From Octopus vulgaris (Eukaryota), in contig OX597817.1 in NCBI GenBank assembly GCA_951406725.2, positions 64,666,001 to 64,730,000 on the forward strand: a stretch of 64,000 bases of DNA, read 5' to 3'. Positions 24,341 through 37,800 of the stretch are shown here, one piece after another. The notes beneath the pieces are model-generated. The model saw only the letters and a program-made list of their open reading frames with translations, was not told the origin of the DNA and searched no databases. The position numbers and the translations under genes are program-made. How positions within the stretch are numbered: position 1 is the stretch's first letter; every line of letters begins with the position of its first letter.

Positions 24341-25872
24341 CGACCGATAAACAACTTTTAGAGGTGCTTTTTAATGTGCTGCTTGCCTCCTCGCCTAAGC
24401 ACACGCGCGAAACTTCTACCACCCGACACACCTTGTATATATTCTCCCTGCTGCACACTTTCTTACAAAAGCCAACAACTATCTCTAATTTACTGCTCTT
24501 TCTTCACACCATACTGATCTATTTTCACTTTACCTTTGTCACCCCCCTCTCTCTCCCCCACGTTGATGTATGTATATAAAATACGCGTATTGCAAATGTG
24601 TGAGACGCAGTAAATTTGGTCGCAAGATCACGATCAACTGAAACCCTTGCTCACCAGCTTCGATTTGTGATTGGGATCGCTTTACTTACGCCTCTTAAAG
24701 CAAATGCAAAATAGCTTCAACGCCATCATTTTGATTTTCTTTTGCTCTGTATTTCCAATACAAACATACTAGAACTTGGTGTACGGTTATACATCATAAT
24801 ATCTACTTTTGTCAATTTACTGTTGAAAATCTCCCACCATTTTAGATGTAATTTTTAATGTTTTTATTTTTTTTTTGGTTTCGGTTTCAACAATTTGGCT
24901 GTGCTCGCGCCGGGGCTTTTTAATCAACAATGCGAAAAATAAAGAAGCTAAGCTGAATACCTTCACTGCATCTGATTTGTTGTCTCACGTTCCAGAGTTC
25001 ACAGCTTACTATGTTCGACTTTGCTCATACCCGTATTGAGAAAGAAAAACGATATATGAATTAGACTCAGTCTCATTACAAAAGTGGGGGTGGGGAGATA
25101 GCTTGTTTTGGCATCTGTTAATGCGAGCACCGGTATTTGGACAGGGTTTTTTTCTTTTTGTCACTTTGTTTTCAAATTTGAAATTTTTATAATATTGTAT
25201 GCCATTTACCCAATCGATGCCTGTAATAGGATGCTTTTGTCAACTAGATAAGCTGAAACAGCAATCCACCTTAATTAAGGACAACAAACAATTAATACAA
25301 TTAGATTTGAATTTACAACAATGTAGTCAATAATGAAATACATTGCTCTTATATCAAACCTAAATAGTGACTCTTCTCTTTTATTCTATGTAAATTTGAA
25401 TTCTCCAAAATAATTTAATTGCATTTAGAATAAGGAATATTCTTTATTTTCGATCTCTCTGTTTTCCAAGTGGAAAAAATTTAATATATATTCTCTTATT
25501 CTTTTACTTGTTTCACTAATTTGACAGCAGCCATGCTGGACCACACCACCTTTAGTCGAACAAATCGACCCCAGGATTTATTCTTTATAAGCCTGATGCT
25601 TATTCTGTCTGTCTCTTTTGCAGAAACACTAAGTTACAGGGACGTAAACACACCGACTTCGATTGTCAAGATGATTGTAGGGGACATACACATATATATA
25701 TATACGACAGGCTTCTTTCAGTTTCCATCTACCAAATCCACTCACAAGGCTTTGGTTGGCCTAAGGCAAAGCTATAGTAGAAGACACTTGCCCAAGGTGT
25801 CACACTGAACCCAGAACCATGTGGTTGGGAAGCAAGCTTCCTACCACTCGCCCACTCCTGTGCATATATATA

Positions 25873-26751
25873 CAGGGTGTCCCTGAAGTCTTGGGCACAT
25901 TTTGACATTGAATATCTCGAAATCTATTAAGGACATAAAAACGCATCTGATATATTCTGAAAGCCTGCAATTTCAAGTTTTTTTATGGAATGTTCAAAGA
26001 TATTCAATGTGAGCACCGTTAGTCACACGGCACATAAAGCTGATAGTTCAATTCTTACCAAATGCGTTCCAGCATTGCGTTGTCGATGATTGCAACAGCT
26101 TTCATTATTCAGGCCTTCAGTTCATTCACGTCTTTTGGAAGGGGAGGCACATAGACCAGTCCTTTCACAAACGCCCGCAAAAAGAAATCGCAGGGTGTGA
26201 GATCTGGAGGCCAGGGCATGAGAAGGAGATCATCTCACCCTGACTGTCCAATCCATCTGTCTGGCCGTGTTGTGTTCAGATACTGTCTAACCCTGAGTCT
26301 CCAGTGCGGTGACGCTCCATCCTGTTCGAAAATGAAGTCCATACTGGCTTTTCTGATTGATTTATGGGGGCTCCGCTCGAAGACAGTTCGAACTCGCTCA
26401 AGCGTATCATCTGAAGTTGAGGCATGTCCCGTTCTCTTAGCTGGACACAAACACCCATCCTTCATGAATTTACCATACCATCTCAATATCGACTTCCTTT
26501 CTGGTGCCTCTTTTCGGAATTTTGTGCAAAATGCACGTTGAACAAGTGTCCATGATTCAGTTTTTGCAAATTCAAGGACGCAACACCTTTTCTGGTTGAA
26601 TGAACGCCATTACTGGACCTGAAAAAATCGTTAGCATTACAAAAAAATTAATGAATTTAGCTTTAAAATGGTACCAGTTTCATCTTACTACCAATCATAG
26701 TCCAACAGATATGAGGGCTTGAAATGTGCCCAAGACTTCTGGAACACCCTG
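25873..26751 (-). mobile_element. Tc1/mariner (DD41D/rosa-like) element with internally deleted transposase pseudogene (~25994-26610)
   Basis: TIRs CAGGGTGTCCCTGAAGTCTTGGGCACATTT / AAATGTGCCCAAGACTTCTGGAACACCCTG and TA TSD. Peptide RWYGKF...RSPHKSIRKAS fused to FEQDGASPHW...RWIG...WPPDLTPCDFF. Confidence 0.9.
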
Positions 26752-26819
26752 TATGTATATGTATATATTAGATGGAACATCCGCACAGATAGATGATACA
26801 AAAGCAGACACAAAGAAAT

Positions 26820-27870
26820 GGGCATTTCTTTTAATCCTTATTTTTCATCAATAGTTTTAACAAATCTATTGATATGTTGTCCTCCATTGTTCACGACTTC
26901 TTGTCAATGCCATGACAGTAGAAATCACCAGGTCTTCTCTTGAAGTATTCATGAAGCCATGTTTTCAGCCCCATATTATTGAACAAAATGTCTCACAAAC
27001 TGTTGGATAGAAACCAACAATAGTGGAAAATCTAAAGGCACTATTTTAGAAGAATATATGTGATAGAACTTCCTAGCTAAGCCCTTGAATAGCATTTTTG
27101 GTCAAGTTAGCAATGTAAGTCAAGCATTGTGTTGAAGAAGCATGCAGTGTTGCTGGTCAGGTTGTTTCAGTTGGATTCCCATGTTGAGCTGGTGCATTTT
27201 GTGAACGTAAAACTCTGCACTGACCTTGTTTTCAAGCATTTTGTAGTGGATTAGTCTTTCCCAATTCCACTCCACACAAATCATTGTCTTGCAGGAATGT
27301 AGCTCTGTTATAGCTTGAGTTGCTCCTTACTTGTTGGGACTCAGTCATTCTTTCCTCTGCTTCATATTGTTTTCAAGACAATTTTTCATTGATGATAATG
27401 ATGTGGTAAATAAATCTCTGTCCACAAGTAACCTGGTGTGAAGCAAAGTATCTACAATGGAGCAGCACTGGAGTTTGTTTCTTTTGTTTAGGGCATCTGG
27501 CATCATGCACCAAGTTTTTGGACCTTATCCATTGAGTGAATCAGATGGGCAACATTATCATGAGAATACCCAAGTATTTGGGTGGTTCATTCAATCAATC
27601 TTCTTTGAACTGAATGGAGAGAGTCTGAAATCAAATTTTCTCTTCTTGAAGTGCAAATACCATTCTGTGCAGTTCTTTTGGTAATAGCACTTTTTCCATA
27701 CACTGCACAAATGTGTCAAACAGTTTTGGGACCTCAGTTGAAAGCGAAGAGAAGCAGGTGTCAAAAATGTTCACTATTTTTCTACTTGTCAGGTCTGGAA
27801 AAAGTAAAATTTATTCAAATTTCAAATACCATAAACAAAAGTTGTGGAGAAAGTATAGAAAAACAACTCC
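26820..27870 (-). mobile_element. Highly decayed mariner (DD34D-type) transposase remnant
   Basis: Minus-strand remnants such as KTWLHEYFKRRPGDFYCHGIDK; many stops and frameshifts. Confidence 0.55.
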
Positions 27871-29637
27871 AAAAATAAAAACCATAAAACACTTAAATAA
27901 AAAAATTTTTATATGTTAATTCAAATAATACTGGAAGCAAATTTTTCATGGGAGACCAGAAACAAACAACATTGCTTGTGTGACATTGATGCTTGTTCAC
28001 AATCATCACATGATGTTAAGACAAGAGGTACATACATATATATGTAAATACATAAATATATATAGTAAATAGGCATTCCGCATTATACCATTTTATCTGT
28101 ATGAACCCTACTTGGTGTTTCAAATGTGTTAAACGTATTATGCACAAGGCATCTCTACTAAATACTAGATTAAGTATTTAAAATGCATCAAGTAACATTT
28201 TCTTTCGAGAAAAGAATCTATCAAAAATGATGGCTATTTACTTTTGACATGTCTGGAAAACATTGAAATTACATAGAATATACTTATTTTAAATGCAATA
28301 GTCACTATTCAGGCTTGATGTGAGATCAGTGTATTTGACTTTTGACTACATTGTTGTGAATTCAAATGTAATTGTAATCATGGTATGTGTGTGTCTTTAA
28401 TTAAGCTGGATTGCTGTTTCAGTTTATCTAGTTGACAAACGTCCTACTACAGCCTTTCATTGTGTAATAGGTGGCCAGATATGTTTTCACAAACTATGGG
28501 AAATGAATGATTCTGCTTGTATAACAGTGACACTCATTTACAACTATCACACAATGTCAAGAGAAGGAGACATGAACACACATTTGCATGTGATCAGCTT
28601 GTTTCAGTTTCCATTTCCCAAATCCACTCAAAGCTTTGGTCAGCCTAGGGCTATAGTAGAAGTCACTTGTCCAAGTTGCCTTGCAGTGGGACTGAACCCA
28701 AGGTCATGTGGTTGGGAAGTGAACTTAACTACACAGTTAAGCAAATTTGAAAAAAGGTAACATGAAAAGACTGCATAAATACCAGTGCTTGCATTAACAG
28801 ATACCAAAACAAAGCTCCCTCTCCCCACATTTACCTTTGTCCAGTATTGTAAATGAAACTGGGGCTAATTTATATTTTTTTTACCAGTACAGACATGGAC
28901 AAATTTGAACATGGCAAGCTGTGAACTCTGGAACGTGAGACAACGAATCAGATGCAGTGGAGGTATTCTGCTTAGCTTCTTTACCTTTTGCATTGTTGAT
29001 TTGTTTTAACGCCCGCTTTTCTATGCTTGCACATGTCAGACAATTTATTGAATCAGATTTTCTACTGCCAAATACTATCCTTGTTGCTAACCCTTGTCTT
29101 TTTCAAGTAAGGTAACAATTATTCCCCATGGCTGGACTGTTTTTAAGTTAGATTGAAAAAAGAAACAATATTCTTCGTATGATGACAACTATTGTATGAT
29201 GTCAGAACAAAGAGAAGTGTGTGATGTGTGTCTACTGATACCTGTTGTGTACACATGTGGGTGTGTGTACACAACTGGTACAGAGTTTAGTTAGCTAGGG
29301 TTTTGTAGATGCTTGTACAAGGTGTCACAGTATGACTGAACTCAAACCCACATGGTTGAGACGTAAACTTATTAACTACATAGCCATAACTGGACCTATA
29401 AAAATGTGTATATGTATGAATGTGTGTGGATAAGATCAAAGTACAGTATACATACACATGCACACACATTAATAATAGATGCAGGCATAAAAGGAGTTCA
29501 TTCCTAACCATATGGTTTTGCGTTCAGTCTCACTGCGGGCCAACAAGAACCTTGTGAGTGAGCTTGATTGACGGAAACTAGAAGAAAGTTGTTTTGTGTG
29601 TGTAAGAAACACAAAACATTGTCAGTATTTAAGCTTT

Positions 29638-30230
29638 ATGAGGATCAGCTAAAAAATTCATAGGCTGATGAAGATACTCATGGAATATGAACAAATGAAG
29701 TTTATTTTTCAACTTAGTCCTCCCTTGTAGTCCACAAATTTCTTCCATCAATGTTTCAGTGCTTGAATAATATTGAAGAAGCTTTCATTCTGTTGGTCAA
29801 AAACATCACCAGCAGCAGATATGATGTCATCAATCACTGTAATACTGGTTCTCAGCCAAGTGTTTTTTCATGTTGGTGAACTGATGGGGCCTAAATCAAG
29901 AAAATAGTGAGAGTGATGATGATGATCATCGTCAAACAGTTCAAAGCCACTGCCATTGAAAGCAAGGATTTGTTTTGTAGCACTGTCCTGGTGGAGCAAG
30001 ACCCCTTTTCTCTGTTTTCTCGGCACTTGGTCTTGATAGCCTTTTGTAAATGCCTCAGCAAGTAGACATAGCCTTCTCCATTGATGGTATGGCTCTTTTG
30101 AAGGTAGTTAGTAAACACAATGCCTTTTACATCTCAATGAGGCCATCATCTTCCCTGTAGATGAAATGACCTTCGCCTTCTTTGGAGCAGGTAAGGAGGG
30201 GTGTTTCCATTGCAAGGATTGTGTCTGTTT
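29638..30230 (-). mobile_element. Mariner 3' fragment
   Basis: YLQKSHTINGEGYVYLLRHLQKAIKTKCR... and C-terminal IQALKH*WKKFVDYKGG. Confidence 0.7.
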
Positions 30231-30809
30231 CTATTTTATTGATTATCGCAATCTGCTGGGTATTTTTGCATATCTATATTATCCATTAAATAGTTAAATT
30301 ATGCACTTTATTGTGCTTTTTTTTTATGCACATGACCCACTGGTCCATGGTACAAAAAAGATAGGTGGACTATTAGTGAAGGGGTGCAGGTATGGATGAA
30401 GGATGTGAGAGGAAGAGAACATGAGAGAGGGAAATAGTTGAGGGTAACAAAGATCTAAAGAGTTGTTAATGGAAATAATAAATATTATATAATATACAAT
30501 TGGTGCAGGTGTAGTTGTGTGGTTAGGAAGTTTACTTCACAAGTGTTCAATTCCCCTGCATGCACACTCCCTGAGCAAGTGTCTTCTACTATAGCCCTAG
30601 ACCAGCCAAAATCTTGTGGATGGATTTGGTAGATAGAAACTGAAAGAAGCCTATTGAATATATATATGTGTGTGTGTGTATGATTACAGTAAATGAATGT
30701 CTGCAAAAATATGTCTAACCATGGGGTAATTGGGTATGGGTTGGTGACAGGAAAAAATTCTAACCCATGTATGCATGGAAAAGTGGATGTTAAAATGATG
30801 ATGAAGATA

Positions 30810-31008
30810 TATGAGCTCCTGGCTTTAAAGGTATCATGAAAAGCTTGGTTGGACGCCCAGCTTTCCAAGATCTTTTACAGGGTTTAGAAAAACTGAAGGA
30901 CCACTGCAATAAGTGTGTGAATCTGAGCAGGGAATATGTTGAATAAAATAACTGATCCTCCTGTATTTTCTTTTACCCAAAGCCAGGAACTTTTCAGCAC
31001 CTCCTCAT
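30810..31008 (+). mobile_element. Mariner 3' end fragment
   Basis: GLEKLKDHCNKCVNLSREYVE* followed by the TIR-like GGAACTTTTCAGCACCTCCTCATA. Confidence 0.55.
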
Positions 31009-32733
31009 AATTGTGTGTGTGTGTGTAATTTAATGCATTTTAGTTATAGAGTGTGCTTTATTTATTGTAAATGGCTGTGGTGATAAATATCTCTATGATC
31101 AGTGGCTTTAAATGAGTCTTCTCTAACATAGATATCATTTTCAAGTAATTCAGTGCCTATTCCAAACAGCTAGGAATTCATATAAGACAGAAAAGAACTG
31201 CAAATCAAGTATCTGTTGCTTGCCAGGTGACAGACTGCATCATTGTTTTTCTTGTTTCTGTTTCATTGGTGCTTATGATGTCTAATATCATTTACATTAA
31301 AATATTTGCAATTAATTCATAAGACAAGATATACTAAGTATCCTGCTCAAAGAAACAACAAAAGGTCTCTAGCAAATATCAGTATTTGACTTTGTACTTT
31401 TGGCTATTTGCCTCAGTTTCATGAATATGTTCTGTTGTGAGTTTGAAACTATTTCTACCTAGTTAGACTGAAATAAACAGGCTCATATTTCTAGACATTG
31501 GTTAATGTTAACAGTTTAAACCACTCAAGCCACAACAATGTACTCTGAAAGACATTTTTGTTTAAATGACTTTCCGCATAAGATGTCACCTAAATAAGAA
31601 TGTAGAAGAATTAACAAATTCAAGGATGAATAAATTAAAAATACTGAAACAAGGCATCACTTGCTTTCTTTAATCGAGGGGTCTAAGTCACTTAAATTTT
31701 CCTGATAGTAGTTCTTAGACCTTATACTCTTAAATGTGGCTTTAAGCCAAGCATTGACGAAAAATGTGAAGTATGTTTAGCCTCATGTATTTATCTGTCT
31801 ACATTATTATAATTTTTTGATTTACAAAAGTTGACTTCACTAAAATGGCAGTTGTTTCCTCTAAACTGGAAGTCTTTTTTACCTTGTATTATCCCCTCCC
31901 CTTCCTACATATACACATACATAGATAAATACGTATAGATAAAGGTTAAACCAGGTCATTTGAATCCATGAACTTTTAAACCTTAAACAATGGATTAGCT
32001 ATTAAATCAAACTAATTCCTGAGAAATTACAATGGCGCAGCTTCTAGATATATCTCTATTCTGATAGATTAATTACAGGTTGATAATTGGTCAGTTTAGG
32101 ATGTGTAATAACTATCATTAAAAGAGCAAAGTATCAAATGGGTAATGATGAAATTTTCCGTGTAACTAACTAGCTGCTTGCCTTAAGCATGCTGTAGAAT
32201 TTTCTGTATAAACTAGCTAACATTTGCAAATTATTCTTTGAGTGAGCTAAATTGGTATTATGAGAAAAAGGAGAATAAGATGCAAGTTTTAGTTTTAAAC
32301 AAAGAATGAAATAGAAATATTACATACACAAGTAGAAAGAAAAAGTATTGCAATTTATAAATGTTTGCACAATAAGCATTGAAATTTACATAATCTGGAG
32401 TTTTCAATAGATTTGAATGGAAAGAAAGACCCTGAATCTTATGTATAAAGTTCACTAACTGATTTTTTCTCCTTTACAATCTGAATTTATAATTTGATTA
32501 GGTTGTAAATGCTTGCAGTATCTAGTTTTATTTGTATCTTCTGAATTCAATCTCAGCTTTACTTTTTATCCTTCTTGCAGTACTAAAATAATTGTATAGT
32601 ATATATTGTGGCTGATTCTGTACTGTTTTGCTCTATACATTTAGTACCTAGTATTGTTTAAAAAAAAAAAAAAAAAAGTATTATTCCAAATAGCATGTCT
32701 ACTATTTCTTATAAATTACTTAACTTTTTATCT

Positions 32734-34852
32734 CATAGCTTCCCAAAGTGGGCAATTTCAACTTACAGGTGGGCGATGGGCAAATTTCTAGAAAATAGTG
32801 AGTGATTTGAGATTTTGGCGTGCGATATGAACATTTTGTGGGTGACAATGAATTTTTAGAAATTAAGTCCACATTTACTGATATCTAGGCATGCCTAGAA
32901 TAAGGATGTACTTGCAGGAGGCGTTCCTTTGTATTAAAAACGCCAACTTGTTTATCGATTGAATATTTTTGTCACAGTCATTGAGATGGTTGTCATGCAT
33001 GCTAAAAATAGCAGCCAAACATACCCAGGCCTTGGATCACAGTCCACTACAATTTTTTTTTTTTTTTTTCGGCACAATCGTATGAAGCCCCGTGTTGTAG
33101 AATTCAAATTTGCAAAAATTTCCCAGAAACTCCAAAAAATAAAAAAGTTATGAGGGGGTTATATGTCATAATTCTGTGGTTTCATATCAAAACACAAGTG
33201 CTAATTTCAGGATGTTGACAAAATGTGCAGTCACACACAAAATGACAGCTTTGAAATTGTATTTCTTGACTGGGTAAAAATGGTCAAATTTTAAACCTAT
33301 ATAACTTTTTAAAAACATTTTTCTGACAAAAGTTGAATAACTCCAGCAATTTAGCTTAGAAAGGTGTATTAATGTGCTAAATTTTAAAATTTTCGATAAA
33401 CTTTAATTTTTGAAATACTGGTAGCCAAACAAACTAGATCCGTATTTGCTCCAGTAAAGACGTATCATCTAACTCTGCTCTATCGACTTCTCTTTGGGAA
33501 TACCACACTGCCTTTCTGATGCCATCTGTAGAAATTCATTTTCACATCTTCACTTTACTGATGCCTCCAGTCAAAGAAATTTGTCAGCAGTAGAGTAGTG
33601 ATTATTTATTGTTTGGATTTATTCCCTCTCCTCAGAACTGTCAGTTACCAATGTGCCTTCTTTGCCTTCAGACATTGACCAACAAAGCAATGAAACCTTC
33701 ACACTTGAAGTATCACTTTGATGCAAAGCATTCTGACAAGGACAAGCGATTATCATACTTTTTGCAACTGAGCTACTCTTTCAAAAAGTAAATACATTCA
33801 ACACACTATTCCAGTAAACTAATAAACAGGAGAATAACGGGTTGATTGGATCGTACAACATTGCATTGCTTGTTGCTAAGTCTGGGAAGTTTCACACTAT
33901 TGGAAAAACATTACTTCGGCCAGTTATCAAAGCGATTTTGTCCACCGTTATGCACAAAAAACCTGATAACATTATGAAGAAGATCCCACTTAGTAATAAC
34001 AGAATTTCTCGAAGCATCGATGAAATGGCCATCAATGTCAAACATCAGCTCATTAATATTCTCCAGCGTTCTATCTGAGAAATGATGAGGGCCATATTAA
34101 ACTCTTATACCATACTGTAGTGTAGTGACTGTCAAAAGGAAACTCTGTTTTGCGCCTTGTTGTACTATTTCATATAATCATATCTTTCTTTAAAGATACT
34201 CCACTATCCGCTTCATTGATGGCTGCAAGATGCGCTGTCTTTTTTCTTTGTGATATACTCACAATATTAAAAGATTTGAATAAGTTTTTACAAGGAAACA
34301 GATAGTAAATCTGTTTGTAAATTGATAGTAAATCATTTATCACTACCTTCATTTCGAAATTTGTGTTGTATAAGACTAACATTTCAAAACTTGATTCTTT
34401 GAAAGATGAATTAGTTGATGAGGATTTAACTACATATCACAGCTATTTACAATAACATGGTGGAGCGATTTCAAGATGTTATTGCGCTGAATATTCCAAA
34501 TTAGTATATCAATCCATTTGAGGTCGATCAGTGTAAAAGAAAGCGCAAGTTTCCAGAGGTTAATCTGTCTGAAAAATATAGAGTTAATGTCAGACTTTTA
34601 TTGATACTAATGGAAAAACTAAACCCACAATAAAGGATTTGTAAACAACCGCATATTTAGTACAAATGACACTAACAGGGCAATGAGTCTACAATATAGT
34701 GTGTGTGTGTCAAATGATACGGTGGCATGGCTAGAGGATTTTGTGTTGGTTGGGTTGTCAGGGTTTTTTTTACACAGGTGGGCGATGGAGTATTTTTTTG
34801 GCCAATAGGTGGGTGATATTGCAATTTGACGCAAAATGTTTGGGAAACACTG
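32734..34852 (+). mobile_element. hAT (Buster/Charlie; ZBED5/SCAND3-like) transposon, decayed, with nested insertions
   Basis: TIRs CATAGCTTCCCAAA / TTTGGGAAACACTG and a perfect 8-bp TSD TTTTATCT (central TA). BED-type PMCLLCLQTLTNKAMKPSHLKYHF and SYNIALLVAKSGK.HTIGK.L...IPLSNNRISRSIDEMA. Confidence 0.9.
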
Positions 34853-37800
34853 TTTTATCTCCTTCAATTAGAAATTTTTTTAAATAACTTACTAGATATT
34901 TTTGAAAAACAAACAGTGGCATATGCATTGTTACACTTGGTAAAATTGGTCTATATGTTTTGTTGTGTATTATATGCACATTACAGCTTCAGTTTGAAAG
35001 AAATTGTAAATTATGGGAGCAGTTCTGGTTCTTCTTTTTGACAGAGTGAAACCTAATAGATTCTCATCTAAATGTACAAGCATCTCTTGCTTGTTTAAAT
35101 TGTTCAAAGAATGATAGACAATAGTAATGTCATTTGTTTTACATTGACACAAAGCCCCATGTTTATAAGGGGGAAGTATAATGCATAAGACAGACCCCCT
35201 CAGTACATGCCTGGTATTTATCTTGATTAACACATTGAAGGATACAAGACAAAGTTGACCCCTGCAGATTTGAACTCAATGGAAAGATATGTAAATACGA
35301 GATGTCTAAACAAGTGTTCTACTGTGTTACCCACTTCAGCACACCAATATTTAAATATGTAGTAAAAGACTAATCTTTCTTTTGTATATATATCTAAACT
35401 ACAAAGAATTAGTACAAGTCAACAATGGACATAACTTTTCGTCTGTTAGAAATAGCAGCCAAACCACATTTTACTATCTTTAAGGAAGGGCACAGTTATA
35501 TAAGTGTAGATGCAGTATGACTGAATGATTAAGAAGTTCATTTCATAACTATGAAAAAGATCCTGAATTTGGTCCCACTGCATGGCATCTTGGATATATG
35601 TAATTATCTATAGCCTCAGGTTGTCTCATACATTGTGAGTTCAACTGAAGAGATAGAAACTGTAAGGAAACTCATCAGAGGGATTGTTCCTGTGATTCAA
35701 AGATGCAGCTTTGTTACATACACTGTGTCACTCTAATTCTGCCTGTGAAATGCTCAGCCACTTGCTAATCCAATGAGCAGGTAATGCAGTTGATTGAACA
35801 ACTTAATACTTATCTTCAAGGCCTACAAAAAAAAACATCCATCCCTCCAGATTTTATCAGTATGTCTCGAGGTCACTACATTTTTATGTATGCACATAGC
35901 TTTATGGTATGATTGAACTCCTAGACCATAAGTGCAAGTCAGAATTTCAACATTCTTTTCTGTTACTTCTCCAGACTGCAAGCACCTACAACTTTCAGTG
36001 AATATGTCAGTTGAAATGCAAACGCAAAAGATAAGACTGGTCTGAGTAATTTTTGAACTTCTATACTATTTAAATACACTACACACCAATATACCAATTG
36101 AAATGCAAATACAAGAGATAAGACTACTGGCCACATAATCCTAACTACACTAATAATAAACACATCCATAGAAATATAAGTATTTCTGTATTACAATAAC
36201 TATGGTATAGTAGTGGTAGTAGCAGCAGCGATAGTATACATTCTTTTAAATTGTATTGTTTGAAGGACCTTTGTCGTATGGGAGTGTCTTACAGATAGGA
36301 ATGGGGTTTTTATTTCACTTAATTTTATTGGCTGTTTAAAAGAAACCTTAGAGTGAATGGTTATTTTAAAGTTGGTGACTAGTAGTCTTATTGATTAGTA
36401 TGCATATATACTTCTCTATTACTTGGGGACAGCCTGTCAAAAATTACTCAAAACAATGAAGTTTGTTCCTCTTATATTGTTTAGAGATTAACTTTTTTTT
36501 TCACTATATTGACACTTACACGAGTCTGTCAATATTGCAAAAAAGATTTTTCAAAATTAATAGATCTTATTACCAATAACAACAGTTCATATCAGGCATT
36601 TACAAATTTCATCTATTTAGAATTAAACATATGATACATATATGGGGAAAAAAATTAGAATTTTCAGTCAATCCAGCTATGTCCATCACAGTTTTTCTTT
36701 TCTAAGCAGTGTATGATTCAGTGTTTCTTTTTTGAGATGCCTTGGTACCCTTACACACACATATCATGTTACTCTGCATCTCACTCACTTAACATTCATA
36801 GCAAAATAGCATTTGATTCATTAGGTGATGACTTCAAATCCTGACAATAAATCTCATTGCATTCATAATCCAACATTTTTGTTTTAGTATAAATACATAT
36901 ATGTAACACGAAATAGGGCAACCAATAGTGAGCTGTTGCAAAGATTAGATCATGTAGCTTCTCTGCCTGTAATGGATTTATTGTTTATAATATTGAATAA
37001 TCCTTAGAAAATTTAGCAAATGTCATTTACTGCTTCTTGTTGCATTTGTTCATACAAGTTAAAGAGACTGATAAATTTTTACTGTTTGATTAATTTCTTC
37101 ATACTCTATATTTTAAATATTATCTTGTATATTAGGTTATGCTGGACTTTCAATAGTTTGGAAAACTTATGCACTTTTCACATCATGAATTAAATATTAA
37201 TTATATACTGTATTTGAAACAATTACCAATCTTAGCTCCTTGTTACAGCAAACAACACATTTGCAAGTATGCACAATGCATATAAGTGCATACATACATA
37301 CAATATAATTTAGACTCTTTTATGTAACTTGTATTATATGTGAAACTGTTGAATTTTCAATGATAATGTTTTTCCCTCTTCACATTTTTTTGTTAGTTTT
37401 CCTTAGATTTCTGCTATTAATTTATTTTAATGGGAGTGTTTCAAATTTAATCAGATGCCTCCATTCTAATTTCAATCATTAGTACTCAGAAATGTCAGCT
37501 TTTTCTCAGTCCAGTAAAATAATGCTTGTAAATTACTGTTATTTCTCATTATATATTTTAAAAAAAGAATTGTGTCATAAAATTGAAGGTTCATATTTTC
37601 TGTTATTTAATTCAGTCTCTCAGTCTTCTAGATTTAGATCATATTGAAGTCAATAAAGAACTGTTATTACACTTGTAATAGAGTTATCTGATTGACTATC
37701 CACTCTTTTCTACATTATTTGGTGTTGAGTTTTAAATATGACGTTCTGATTATTATCTCGTGTTGGGAAAGTACCGTTCTAAAAATGTATGCTGCTATCA

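Larger units (their letters stand above)
18150..25250. promoter_or_regulatory. Broad CpG-rich promoter region upstream of the RFX gene
   Basis: CpG dinucleotides are visibly frequent here and depleted in most of the window. Contains YY1 (CGCCATCTT x2), ETS/CRE-like (CGGAAATGACGT 20300-20311) and X-box motifs. Confidence 0.7.

Noticed and set aside
33609-34078. ZBED5/SCAND3-like ORFs as a domesticated gene
   Set aside because: Stops and frameshifts, plus TIRs with an intact TSD, indicate a dead Buster transposon.
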